From: Kofleriaceae bacterium
GTDB lineage: Bacteria > Myxococcota_A > Polyangia > Haliangiales > Haliangiaceae
DNA: 64,000 nucleotides
Direction: 5' to 3'
NCBI GenBank assembly: GCA_046597055.1
Contig: JBKJLC010000222.1
Coordinates: forward strand, 25,586 to 89,585
Part shown: positions 1 to 9,130 of the stretch, piece after piece
Layout: the number at the start of each line of letters is the position of its first letter
Numbering within the stretch: the first letter of the stretch is position 1
Made by a program: the position numbers and the translations under genes
The notes under the pieces: generated by a model
What the model was told of the DNA's origin: nothing
The model's database searches: none
Seen by the model: the letters and a program-made list of their open reading frames with translations, nothing else

Positions 1-506
1 TTGTGGCCGATCGCGTAGACCACGCCGGCGATGCCCGACAGCGGCAGCACGACCATGAGCACCGGCATCAACAGGAACATGGGGATGATCGAGGTGACGA
101 TCGCCGTCAGCAGCACGTAGATCACCGAGGCCGGCACCGCCTCGCGCCACGCGCCGGCGTACAGCCAGCCGAGCGGCCCGAACAGGAACGAGGCGCCGCC
201 CGAGATCAGCCACGACTTCTCGCCAGCCTCGCGCGGCCGGCTGAGCTCGTGCTTGGCGTCGGCGGCGCGGCGCGCCAGCGCGAGCGCGTCGTCGAGATCC
301 GCGCCCGTGCGACCGCGCGGCCTGGCCTTGACGATCGCGGCCTGGCGCGACCGCAGCTCGTCGGCGTCAGTCTGCGACCGCGCCCGCTGGGCGCGAACCT
401 TCGCTTCGGCGTCGGTCTTGCGGCGGCGGGCCCCATCGGCCTCGGCCTTGACCTCCGCCTCGAGCCGGCCGAGCCGGGCCAGCGCGTCGTCTTCGTCGGT
501 CGCCAC
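1..506 (-). CDS. Membrane protein with N-terminal coiled-coil and C-terminal TM helices (runs off left edge)
   Basis: Not in ORF track (no stop in window). Reads from GTG 506: MATDEDDALARLGRLEAEVKAEADG...EKSWLISGGASFLFGPLGWLYAGAWREAVPASVIYVLLTAIVTSIIPMFLLMPVLMVVLPLSGIAGVVYAIGH; GC3-rich codons. Confidence 0.75.
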   Translation of the reverse strand, partial: MATDEDDALARLGRLEAEVKAEADGARRRKTDAEAKVRAQRARSQTDADELRSRQAAIVKARPRGRTGADLDDALALARRAADAKHELSRPREAGEKSWLISGGASFLFGPLGWLYAGAWREAVPASVIYVLLTAIVTSIIPMFLLMPVLMVVLPLSGIAGVVYAIGH

Positions 507-577
507 CCGCGAACTATGGCATGATCGCGCGTTCCGGCCGCAACGGAGCTCCAACCACGATGATGCAAGCTGCTGTC

Positions 578-946
578 ATGAGGTTGCTGATGGTCTCCCT
601 CGTGTCGCTCGCGACCGCGGCGTGCGGCGGTGATCCGCTGCCGGCCGCGGGCCCGGCGCGCAGCCGCACCGCCACGGCGGGCGCGGCCAGCAAGCCGGCC
701 GCGCCGGGCAAGGGCGAGGCCGCGCGCCGCGCCCGCGCGGAGCACCGCACCGCCGAGCCCGACGACGTGCCGTCGAAGGGCAAGAAGTGGGGCGGCTGGA
801 AGTACCAGGGCCCCGCCGACGACTGCTTCTACCTCGTCAAGCGCAAGTGCTTCACCGCGCTCGACGACGCCTGCGACGCGGCCCGCTGCGGCAAGAAGAC
901 CTGCGTGCCCGAGGGCGCCGGTCCCGCCAGCGTCCGCTGCGAGTGA
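578..946 (+). CDS. Small Cys-rich lipoprotein
   Basis: MRLLMVSLVSLATAAC lipobox; Cys-rich C-terminal domain (CFYLVKRKCF...ACDAARCGKKTC...C). Confidence 0.7.
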   Translation: MRLLMVSLVSLATAACGGDPLPAAGPARSRTATAGAASKPAAPGKGEAARRARAEHRTAEPDDVPSKGKKWGGWKYQGPADDCFYLVKRKCFTALDDACDAARCGKKTCVPEGAGPASVRCE

Positions 947-962
947 CCGCTGCGAGTGACCG

Positions 963-2024
963 TCAGGCGGCGGCGCGGTAGCCGCGCGCGGTGACGACCT
1001 TGGGGATCCGGACCCGCGGGCCGACCTTCACCGAGATCCGACGCACGTTGCGGTAGTACTCGCCGTCGATCACCGGCTCGAGCAGCTCGTCCGACGTGGC
1101 CTCGATGACCATCTCGCGGCAGGGCCGGTCGACGATGGCGCGCCCGCGCATCTCACCGCCGCGCGCCATGCGCGGCAGGTTCATGGCGACGCCCCACGGG
1201 CTCGGGGTGCCGACGATCGCGTTCATCAGGCCCGCGTGATCGGCCTTGCCGAAGAACTTGAGCACGTTGCCCAGGTTGATCGACATCGACGCGACGTGGA
1301 TGCCGGTGAACTCGTCGCCGGGCAGGATCATCCCGTCGACGGTCACGCGGGCCTTGGTCGGACGGAAGATGTCGTCGGCGTAGCCGGCGAGCTGACGCAC
1401 GCCCGGCACGTGGCGCAGCGCGGTCATCGCGACCGGCATCGAGAGGATCGTTCGACCAACGACCTTCATGATTGTGCGCGGGTTGGGATCGGCATCCTCG
1501 TAGTACTTGGCGAAGAAGCGCTGGCCGACGCCGCCCGCCGCGACCGCGAAGCCATAGGTGCGGAACGGACGATCGCCGTCCGGGGTCGCCTCGATGCCGT
1601 CGATCACCATCGAGTCGACCTCGGTCTCCTCGACCCGCAGGCCACCCTCGATCTTCGCGCGCAGGCTGGCGAGCAGGCCCTCGGCGTCGCCCTTGATGCC
1701 GACGTTGTTGGCGATGAAGTCGATGGTCCCGCCGTTGGTCGGCATGGTCAGCGGCATTGTCACCTGCTCGCCGGCGAACTCCTCCTCCTGGAGAACCTCC
1801 ATGCCCATGCGCAGCATCCAGTGCAGCGCGCCGTCACCGCCATCGGCGACCCAGTAGCGCGCGCGCTTGCGCAGGAAGTCGCGCAGCACCGGCTTGATCG
1901 ACTCGAGCGTCTGGGTCTCGTGGACCTCCCCGAGGTCGCCGACGATCGACTGCAGACGGCGCGCGCGATCTGGCTTGCCCTTGTTCTTGCGACTGTTGGG
2001 GTTGGTGATGACGCCGATTTGCAT
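963..2024 (-). CDS. Diacylglycerol kinase family (YegS/DgkB-like) lipid kinase
   Basis: MQIGVITNPNS, DGGDGA, PTNGGTIDFIANNVG, IDGE motifs; GGAG SD before ATG 2024. Confidence 0.85.
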   Translation of the reverse strand: MQIGVITNPNSRKNKGKPDRARRLQSIVGDLGEVHETQTLESIKPVLRDFLRKRARYWVADGGDGALHWMLRMGMEVLQEEEFAGEQVTMPLTMPTNGGTIDFIANNVGIKGDAEGLLASLRAKIEGGLRVEETEVDSMVIDGIEATPDGDRPFRTYGFAVAAGGVGQRFFAKYYEDADPNPRTIMKVVGRTILSMPVAMTALRHVPGVRQLAGYADDIFRPTKARVTVDGMILPGDEFTGIHVASMSINLGNVLKFFGKADHAGLMNAIVGTPSPWGVAMNLPRMARGGEMRGRAIVDRPCREMVIEATSDELLEPVIDGEYYRNVRRISVKVGPRVRIPKVVTARGYRAAA

Positions 2025-2231
2025 GTGGGTTACTCCGCTGGCCGACACGCGCCGGGCAGTCCCGCTATTTGCAAGAACCAGGCGCATCGACGCGGTGCGT
2101 AAACCGTCGGAAAGACGCGCATAGGCTAACGTCGTTCAGCCTCCAGGCGCGAAATCGGTTACGCGATCGCGTCGAGAGTGTGTAGCGGCTGTGGCGGGCA
2201 CGGCGCCCGGCGCCTCACCGCGGCGGAGGGA

Positions 2232-3014
2232 TCAACGCCCAGTGAACGTGGGTGTGCGCTTCTCGAGCAGCGCCGCGATGCCCTCGCTGGCATCGTTCGA
2301 CTGCAGTGACTCGGCCTGTGCGAACGACTCCGCGTAGGCGGCGTCGCGCACGTTCCAGCCCAGGCCGCGATAGAGCGAGCGCTTGGTCTCGCGCACCGCC
2401 GCCGGCGCCGAGGTCGCGATGGCCGCGGCGAGCTCGAGCGCGCGCGGCAGGACCTCGTCCGCGGGCACGGCCGATGACAGGAGGCCGATCCGCTCGGCCT
2501 CGTCACCCTCGACCAGCCGGCCGGTGAACAACATCTCGGCCGCGCGCGAGACGCCGACCAGGCGCGGCAGGACATAGGAGATGCCCATGCCGGAGGTCAG
2601 GCCGAGCCGCGTGAAGTTGGCGCCGTAGCGTGCGGCGCGCGCCCCGATGCGGATGTCGCAGCACAGCGCCAGGCCGAAGCCACCGCCGACGGTGTGACCG
2701 TTGAGCGCGCCGATCACCGGCACCGCCAGGTCGGTCACCGACAGGAACGGCTGGTACATCGCGAAGCTGCGCTCGTGCGCGGTGCGGGCCGGACCGTCGT
2801 CGCGCTGCACCCCCGACTTGAAGTCGGCGCCGGCCGAGAAGCACGGCCCGGTCCCGGTGATCACGAGGCAGCGCAGCTCGGCGGTGCGGGCCTGGTCGAC
2901 GGCGCGCGCGAACGCGTCGAGCAACTCGGGCGTCATGCTGTTGCGGTTGTCGGGCCTCGACAGGGTGATGATCCCGATCGCACCCTGCATCTCGAACACG
3001 ACGGCGTCGCTCAT
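2232..3014 (-). CDS. Enoyl-CoA hydratase/isomerase family protein
   Basis: ITLSRPDNRNSM, FSAGADF, PVIGALNGHTVGGGFGLALCCDIR, C-terminal PTFTGR. Confidence 0.92.
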   Translation of the reverse strand: MSDAVVFEMQGAIGIITLSRPDNRNSMTPELLDAFARAVDQARTAELRCLVITGTGPCFSAGADFKSGVQRDDGPARTAHERSFAMYQPFLSVTDLAVPVIGALNGHTVGGGFGLALCCDIRIGARAARYGANFTRLGLTSGMGISYVLPRLVGVSRAAEMLFTGRLVEGDEAERIGLLSSAVPADEVLPRALELAAAIATSAPAAVRETKRSLYRGLGWNVRDAAYAESFAQAESLQSNDASEGIAALLEKRTPTFTGR

Positions 3015-3181
3015 TGCCACCATCTACCACCGCGCCAGGCCGGCCGTCGATCATCGAGCGGGGCGCGCGCCGGTGACGGTGGCTCGGACCGGCTGCTGAG
3101 GCATGCACCCCGCAGGCCGAGAGAGGGATTGTTTGGCTCGCGTCCGGTCGCGCCCGGGCGGCCGGCCATAGAGTCCGACCC

Positions 3182-3646
3182 ATGTTCCTCCGAGCCCCCG
3201 TGTGGGCGGCCGCGGCCCTGGTCGCGATCGCAGCATGTCAATCAGGTCCGCCGCAGCGCGCCGAGCCCGCCGCGAGCGCGCATCCCAAGCCGAGCGCGCC
3301 GGTCGCGGTGAAGGTCGACGCCCAGCCGCTCGGAGGCAACGCCTACCAGGTCACGATGACCGCGACGCCCGCGGTGGCGGTGCCGTCGCTCGAGCTCGAG
3401 CTCGACGGGCGCCGCCAGGTGGTGGGCCCGACCGCCGCGGGTCAGCCGCGCGCGATGACCGCGCGGGTCCAGCTCGGCGTCGGCCGTGGCCGCGAGGTCG
3501 CGGCCAGCGCCTCGGTCATGGTGGGCGGACATCGCCGCCGCGCCGCCGCGGTCGTGCAGGTGGGGACGGTGCCGGTGGTGGCGCGCGAGCGGATCAACAT
3601 CGTCCGACTTCCGGACGGCTCCGAGGCGGCCGAGGTGCGCCAGTGA
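3182..3646 (+). CDS. Lipoprotein, beta-rich, unknown function
   Basis: Signal peptide with IAAC lipobox; GTGA overlap with next gene. Confidence 0.7.
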   Translation: MFLRAPVWAAAALVAIAACQSGPPQRAEPAASAHPKPSAPVAVKVDAQPLGGNAYQVTMTATPAVAVPSLELELDGRRQVVGPTAAGQPRAMTARVQLGVGRGREVAASASVMVGGHRRRAAAVVQVGTVPVVARERINIVRLPDGSEAAEVRQ

Positions 3647-5298
3647 AGCGCGCGCTGTGCGCGCTCGCCTTGCTCGCGGGCGCCTGCGGCGGCGATGACG
3701 ACGACGCCGGTCAGACCGGACCCGACGCCGGCGAGCTCAGCCCCGATGCGGCGACCTGCGGGATCGCGCCGGGCGGCGCGTGCGCTGATCAGACCCTGCA
3801 GACCTGCGTCGGCGGCGAGCTCCAGACCCAGGACTGTCGCGCCACGATGGCGACCTGCCGCTTCGACAGCGCCGCCGGTGCCGCGGCCTGTATCGACGAG
3901 TGCGCCGCCGCCAGCGTCGACGCGGCCGGCACCTGCGTCGACCGCTCGGTGCGCCGCTGCGAGGTGGTCGACGGGCGCAACACCGTGGTGAGCGACACCT
4001 GCGGCGCGGGCGAGACGTGCGCGCCCGCGGGCCAGCCCGCGGCCTGCATCGGCGATCCGTGTCGCGACCTCGGCCCCCAGGGCAAGTGCGACGGCAACAC
4101 GCTGCTCCGCTGCGTGGGTGGCGCGCCCTCGCCCACCGACTGCGCCGGCACCAGCCAGGTGTGCGCGTACGTGGACAACACCGCCGGCTACGCCTGCGTC
4201 GCGCCCGCGGCGACCGGCGCGATGGTGGTCACCGGGACCGTCCGCTACGAGGACCGGGCGCCGCTCAACGACGGCGCGCTCGGCGCGATCACCGCGATGG
4301 ACGTCCGGGGCGCGCTGATCACCGTGGTCACCGACGCCGACAGCATGGTGGTCGCCACCGCGCTGACGTCGGATGACGGCAGCTACACGCTGCGCTACGA
4401 CGCCGCGGTCGGCACGATGGTGCACGTCATGGTGACCGCGCACAGCCCGCTGCCGGCGCGGCCGGTGCGGGTGCTGCGCAACCAGACCCAGCTGCACGGG
4501 TTCGGCGGGGCCAGCTTCGCCGCCGCCGCGAGCACGACCCAGGACCTGCTGGTCACCGATGCGTCAGCCGCGTCCGAGGCGTTCAACATCCTCGACCAGA
4601 GCGTGCTGGCGATGGACACGATCCGGACCGCGATGGGCAACCCGACCCCGACGCCGCTCACCGCGCGCTGGTCGCGCGGCTCGAACCAAGGCACCTACTA
4701 CTCCAACCGGACGATCTTCCTGCTCGGCTCCACCTCGGACGACGACGGCTACGACGACACCGTCATCCTTCACGAGATCGGCCACTTCGTGGAGGACACC
4801 GAGGGTCGCTCTGACTCGCCCGGTGGCGGCCACGACGGCTCGCCGACCGATCCGACCCTGGCGTGGAGCGAGGGCTTCGCGACCTACTTCGCGATGGCCA
4901 CCCGCGGCGCGCCCTACTACATGGACTCGAACTCGGGCGGCGGCTGGGGCTACGACGCCGACACCTCGCTGACCCGGGCCCAGGCCGCGGGCGCGCTCGA
5001 CCAGAACGTGAGCGAGGACATGGTGAGCCAGATCCTGTGGGACCTCGGCGACGGCGGCAGCAACGACGACGATCCGCTGAGCTCGTCGATGCACGCGACG
5101 CTGCTGCGGATCCAGCCGAGCTACCTGGCCCGGGTCATGCTGCGCTCGGTCGGCGCTGACGGGGTCGACCTGGTCGACTTTCTCGACGGCTGGTTCCTGC
5201 GCGGGGGACTGTCGACCTGCGCGGGCGTCCGGTCGGTCGTCTCGACCACGCGGACGTTTCCGTACGACTACGCCGGTCCCGGCGGCCGCTGCCCGTAG
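3643..5298 (+). CDS. Lipoprotein with Cys-rich repeats and C-terminal gluzincin-type zinc metallopeptidase domain
   Basis: GTG start MKRALCALALLAGAC; about 3 Cys repeats; VILHEIGH plus downstream AWSEGFATYF. Confidence 0.8.
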   Translation: MKRALCALALLAGACGGDDDDAGQTGPDAGELSPDAATCGIAPGGACADQTLQTCVGGELQTQDCRATMATCRFDSAAGAAACIDECAAASVDAAGTCVDRSVRRCEVVDGRNTVVSDTCGAGETCAPAGQPAACIGDPCRDLGPQGKCDGNTLLRCVGGAPSPTDCAGTSQVCAYVDNTAGYACVAPAATGAMVVTGTVRYEDRAPLNDGALGAITAMDVRGALITVVTDADSMVVATALTSDDGSYTLRYDAAVGTMVHVMVTAHSPLPARPVRVLRNQTQLHGFGGASFAAAASTTQDLLVTDASAASEAFNILDQSVLAMDTIRTAMGNPTPTPLTARWSRGSNQGTYYSNRTIFLLGSTSDDDGYDDTVILHEIGHFVEDTEGRSDSPGGGHDGSPTDPTLAWSEGFATYFAMATRGAPYYMDSNSGGGWGYDADTSLTRAQAAGALDQNVSEDMVSQILWDLGDGGSNDDDPLSSSMHATLLRIQPSYLARVMLRSVGADGVDLVDFLDGWFLRGGLSTCAGVRSVVSTTRTFPYDYAGPGGRCP

Positions 5299-5307
5299 AC
5301 TCGGGGC

Positions 5308-6873
5308 GTGCGCGGCCCCGGACTGGACGAGCTGATCGCGGCCGCGTACGCGGTCGAGGTCGCCACCGGCCCGGTGCTGGCGGGGGTGACGCGGGCCGAG
5401 GGCCTGCTGGCCGCGGCGGCGCAGCTTGCCGGGCTGATCGGGGCGCGGCGGGCGGTGGCGCGTGCGCCGGCGGAGCCGACCTGGTCGGCGCTGCCGGCAC
5501 GGTCGGGGCCAGCGGTGGACGCGGCCGCGCGCGGGGCCGCGCTCGAGCGGATGCTGGCGTGGGCGGCCGCGGGTGGCGCCGATGCCGACGCGCTCGAGTT
5601 TCGCGTGGACGCCGACGGCGGCTGCACCGCGCACGCGCGCCGTCCGATCGCGGCCGGCACGCGGGTGGTCACCGTGCCGCGGCGGCTGATGATCGTCGAG
5701 GACGACCTGGCCGCGTCCTCTACCGGCGCGGTCGATCCGTTCGGGCCCATGCTCCGCAGCGCCCGCGACACCCTGGCCGCGTGGCTGCCGCTCGAGGCGG
5801 CGCGCGCGGACTCGCCATGGCGGCCGTTCCTGGACGTGCTCCCGACCGCCCTGCCCGACCTGCCGGTCTTCCACGGCGACGCCGATCTCGACGAGCTGGC
5901 CGGCACCGTGGCGCGCGGCCTCGCGGCCGCCGCCCACGAGGACATCGGCAGCACCTATGGGCTGTTGCAGGACGGCCTCCAGGAGCGGGTCTCGCTGGTC
6001 GACTTCGCCTGGGGCCGGGCGATCGTGCGCTCGCGTGGGTACAACGTCGAGATCGGCGGCGAGGCGCGGGTCGCGTTGATCCCGATCGTCGATCTGTTGA
6101 ACCATCGACCGGGCGACACCACGTGGAGCTACCACCCGGACGAGGCGGCCTACGGGATCACCACGCTGCGCGCCTTCGAGACGGGCGACGAGGTGCACGC
6201 CACCTACGGGCCCTATGGCAACGCGAAGCTGCTGGTCGGGTACGGGTTCGCGCTGGACGACCACGGCGTGGACGAGGCCGCGCTGGTGTTCGCGCCGGCC
6301 GGCGATCCCTGCACCGACCTCGCGGGGCACCTGGTGTGGCGACAGCCCTTCGCCGCGCCCGCGGCGATCGCGGTCGGGACCCGCTTCGACTGGCGGTTCC
6401 GGCGGGCACTGTCGGTCGCGCGCCTGCGCGCCGCGCCGTGGGCCCGCGTGCGCGCCGCGGCCGACCGCGGGCTGCCGGGCCGCGAGCTGCCCTGGCTCGG
6501 CGCCGCGATCGAGCGCGTTGCGCTGGCGGAGCTCGCCACCGCAGCCCGGGCCGGGATCGAGCGGCTCGACGAGAATGGGCCAGACGTGGAGCCGGTCGGC
6601 GGTACCGGCGCGGTGAACCCGGCGGCGACGTCGTGGCGGCGCGCGTGTGGCCTCGTGCGCCGCGGCGAGCGCGCGCTGCTCCAGCAGATCCTGGCGTTCG
6701 CGGCCGAGGCGGCGACCCACGTGGACGCTGCCGACGCGGCGACCCGCGTCGGCGTCGCCGAGCCCGAAGCCGTGCGCCGGGTCGCCGACGCGGTCGCGGC
6801 GGCGCAGGCCGGGCCGCCGCCGCCGCTGGTGAGTGAGTACCTGTGCACGCTCGCCGACGAGCTGATGGACTGA
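5308..6873 (+). CDS. SET-domain protein-lysine methyltransferase, Rubisco-LSMT/SETD3-like
   Basis: SPWRPFLDVLP, FAWGRAIVRSR, ALIPIVDLLNH, GDEVHATYGPYGNAKLLVGYGF. Confidence 0.8.
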   Translation: MRGPGLDELIAAAYAVEVATGPVLAGVTRAEGLLAAAAQLAGLIGARRAVARAPAEPTWSALPARSGPAVDAAARGAALERMLAWAAAGGADADALEFRVDADGGCTAHARRPIAAGTRVVTVPRRLMIVEDDLAASSTGAVDPFGPMLRSARDTLAAWLPLEAARADSPWRPFLDVLPTALPDLPVFHGDADLDELAGTVARGLAAAAHEDIGSTYGLLQDGLQERVSLVDFAWGRAIVRSRGYNVEIGGEARVALIPIVDLLNHRPGDTTWSYHPDEAAYGITTLRAFETGDEVHATYGPYGNAKLLVGYGFALDDHGVDEAALVFAPAGDPCTDLAGHLVWRQPFAAPAAIAVGTRFDWRFRRALSVARLRAAPWARVRAAADRGLPGRELPWLGAAIERVALAELATAARAGIERLDENGPDVEPVGGTGAVNPAATSWRRACGLVRRGERALLQQILAFAAEAATHVDAADAATRVGVAEPEAVRRVADAVAAAQAGPPPPLVSEYLCTLADELMD

Positions 6874-6993
6874 AGCCAGACCGCAGGTAGCAGCTGCCTG
6901 CGCAGCGAGCGCGAGCTGGCACGCGCCAACCCGGTCCCATGGGACAGCGGCCGCCGCCGACCGGCAGGCCTCGCGGTTACCGCGGCTTCGGTC

Positions 6994-7695
6994 GTGGTCA
7001 CTGCGCTCGGCGGCTGTGAGCTCCTCGACCTCGCCACCGCCGACAGGCTGGACCCGACCCAGACCACCGCGCTCGGGGATCTCATCGGGCAGACCGGCTC
7101 GCTGGCCGCGGTGATCGCGGACCCCGACGAGGCCAGCGGCGCCGAGCTCGCCGACGCGCTCGCCCTCGATCACTTCGTCCACCTGGTCCGGCCCGACGTG
7201 CCCGCGACCGGGGCCGCGTCCCGCCTGGCGCGGCTGGCAGCCGCCCCGCCCCCGGAATGTATCGTCGACGCGGGCGGCATCCTGACCGCGACCGAGTGCG
7301 AGATCCCCATCGGCGAACGCACCTGTCGGGTCAACGGCACGATGCGCTCCACCCCCGGTGGAACCAGCACCCGTTACGCTGGCGAGCTGGCGGTGACCGG
7401 CGAGGGCTGTCCCGGCCGAGCCATCATGTTTGACTTCGACCTCGCCGGCCCGACCTCGAAGCCGACCGGGCTCGACGGTCAGGTCGACTTCAGCGAGGAC
7501 CGCCCGCCGGGCAACGTCTACCGCGGTCGCCTGGTCTTCCGGGGCATCGGCCTGGCCGGCTCGTGCGACCGGCCGTCGAAGGGCACGCTCGACGTGCGCG
7601 TCGATGGAGTCTACGGCGGTGAGGCGATCGCCGACGATATCACGGTGTCCTTCAACGAGAGCCCGGAGTGCGGCGTCATCCTGATCGAGGACTGA
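6994..7695 (+). CDS. Lipoprotein, unknown function (true start uncertain, probably about 6939 via a 1-nt frameshift)
   Basis: LGGC lipobox; upstream in-frame RRRPAGLAVTAASVVV completes a signal peptide but has no ATG/GTG/TTG. Confidence 0.6.
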   Translation: MVTALGGCELLDLATADRLDPTQTTALGDLIGQTGSLAAVIADPDEASGAELADALALDHFVHLVRPDVPATGAASRLARLAAAPPPECIVDAGGILTATECEIPIGERTCRVNGTMRSTPGGTSTRYAGELAVTGEGCPGRAIMFDFDLAGPTSKPTGLDGQVDFSEDRPPGNVYRGRLVFRGIGLAGSCDRPSKGTLDVRVDGVYGGEAIADDITVSFNESPECGVILIED

Positions 7696-7746
7696 CCCGA
7701 TCGCCGCCGCCGGTGGCCGCGGCGGGTGGAGTAGCATCGCGCGCCA

Positions 7747-9096
7747 ATGACGGGCGGGCCCGCCGACACCACGGTCGCACCTTCGACGCCGGCGCCGAGA
7801 CGTCGCCGTCCCGGTGCCCGTTGCCACGTCGTCTACCCGCCGGCCATGATCAGGGTCATTCCGCTGGTCGGCGCCGAGACGATCCTGGGCCGCGACCCCG
7901 GCGAGAACGGGGTCGCGATCCCGCACCCCACGGCCTCGCGCCGGCACCTGGCCATCCGCTGGGAAGCCCGAGTGGAGCAGCACACCGTGGTCGATCTCGG
8001 CTCCAAGAACGGCGCCTCGGTCGATGGCACGCGGCTCGGTGACACGCCCCGGCTCCTCGACGACGGCGCGGTGGTTCGGGCCGGCGATCTGCTCCTCGTC
8101 TACGAGACGTTCGACGACGAGGTCGCCGACGACGAGGTCGGGGCCGCGATCCCCGGCATCGCGGCGACGACGCGCCAGCTGCGCGCCCTGATGCGGCGCG
8201 CCGCCGAGGATCCGGCCCACGTGCTCCTCCTGGGTGAGACCGGCACCGGCAAGGAGCACATCGCGCGCGAGCTGCACCGGCGGTCGGGACGGACGGGACC
8301 GTTCCTCGCGGTCAGCTGCGCCGAGCTCAACGCGGAGCTCATGACCAGCCAGCTCTTTGGCCATGTGCGGGGCGCCTTCACCGGCGCCCAGCAGGCGCAG
8401 CCGGGCCTGTTTCGCGCCGCGGCCGGCGGCACGCTCCTGCTCGACGAGCTCGGCGAGCTCGCCGCGGTGGTGCAGCCCAAGCTCCTGCGCGTCTTGCAGG
8501 AAGGCGAGGTGCTGCCGGTCGGCGAGGGCCGGGCGGTCCCCATCGACGTCCGGGTGATCGCCGCGACCAACGCCGATCTGCCGGCGCTGGTCGAGGCCGG
8601 CGGGTTCCGCCGCGACCTGTACGCGCGGCTCGCCTTCTGGGAGATCGTGGTGCCGGCGCTGCGGGCGCGGCGCGCCGATATCCTCGGCTGGCTCGAGCTG
8701 CTGCACGACCGCTTCGTCGAGCGCCGCGCCGGCGTGCGCACCCCGCTGCTGCTCGACGCCGACGCCGCCGAGACCCTCCTGCTGGCGCCCTGGCTCGACA
8801 ACCTGCGCGGCCTGGATCGGGTGATCCACCGGCTGGCCGCCAGTCGATCGCCGGGTACCGTCGTGACCCGCGCCGAGCTGGTGGCGCTGCTGCCGACGAC
8901 GGCGACCGCGAACGCGACCCCGGCGGGACCGACGTCTTCGCCGACCCCGGCGCCCCCGCCCCCGCCCCCGCCCGCGACCCGCGCCGAGCTCGAGGCCGCG
9001 CTCGCCGAGCACGGCAGCGTCCGCGCGGTCGCCAAGCACTACCGGCGCGATCGGCGGCAGGTCTACCGCTGGCTCAAGGATCTCGGCCTGCGCTGA
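7747..9096 (+). CDS. FHA-domain sigma54-dependent transcriptional activator (bEBP)
   Basis: FHA (LGRD, ASRRH, DLGSKNG), [30 protein letters not shown]-terminal HTH. Confidence 0.92.
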   Translation: MTGGPADTTVAPSTPAPRRRRPGARCHVVYPPAMIRVIPLVGAETILGRDPGENGVAIPHPTASRRHLAIRWEARVEQHTVVDLGSKNGASVDGTRLGDTPRLLDDGAVVRAGDLLLVYETFDDEVADDEVGAAIPGIAATTRQLRALMRRAAEDPAHVLLLGETGTGKEHIARELHRRSGRTGPFLAVSCAELNAELMTSQLFGHVRGAFTGAQQAQPGLFRAAAGGTLLLDELGELAAVVQPKLLRVLQEGEVLPVGEGRAVPIDVRVIAATNADLPALVEAGGFRRDLYARLAFWEIVVPALRARRADILGWLELLHDRFVERRAGVRTPLLLDADAAETLLLAPWLDNLRGLDRVIHRLAASRSPGTVVTRAELVALLPTTATANATPAGPTSSPTPAPPPPPPPATRAELEAALAEHGSVRAVAKHYRRDRRQVYRWLKDLGLR

Positions 9097-9130
9097 CCGC
9101 GGGTCCCGGCGGTGGGCGCCGGCCCCGCGG

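Noticed and set aside
2095..2135. GTAAACCGTCGGAAAGACGCGCATAGGCTAAC loosely resembles a c-di-GMP-I riboswitch P2/tetraloop
   Set aside because: Lacks the GGGACGCAAAG core, and no + strand gene lies downstream.
6871..6902. UGA plus hairpin as a SECIS/selenocysteine signal
   Set aside because: No redox-motif context, and fusing a cytoplasmic SET domain to a lipoprotein signal is implausible.
6917..6932. TGGCACG as a sigma54 -24 box
   Set aside because: No -12 GC at the required spacing (AACC instead).
8925..8980. Poly-C/G run encoding PAPPPPPPP
   Set aside because: Proline linker between the AAA+ and HTH domains of the bEBP.
4564..9039. Very long antisense or alternate-frame ORFs (e.g. 4564-9039 -, 9278-12691 +, 23178-26849 +, 41060-44173 -, 58159-60858 +)
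   Set aside because: Shadow ORFs typical of high-GC DNA; they overlap well-supported genes and show no motifs.
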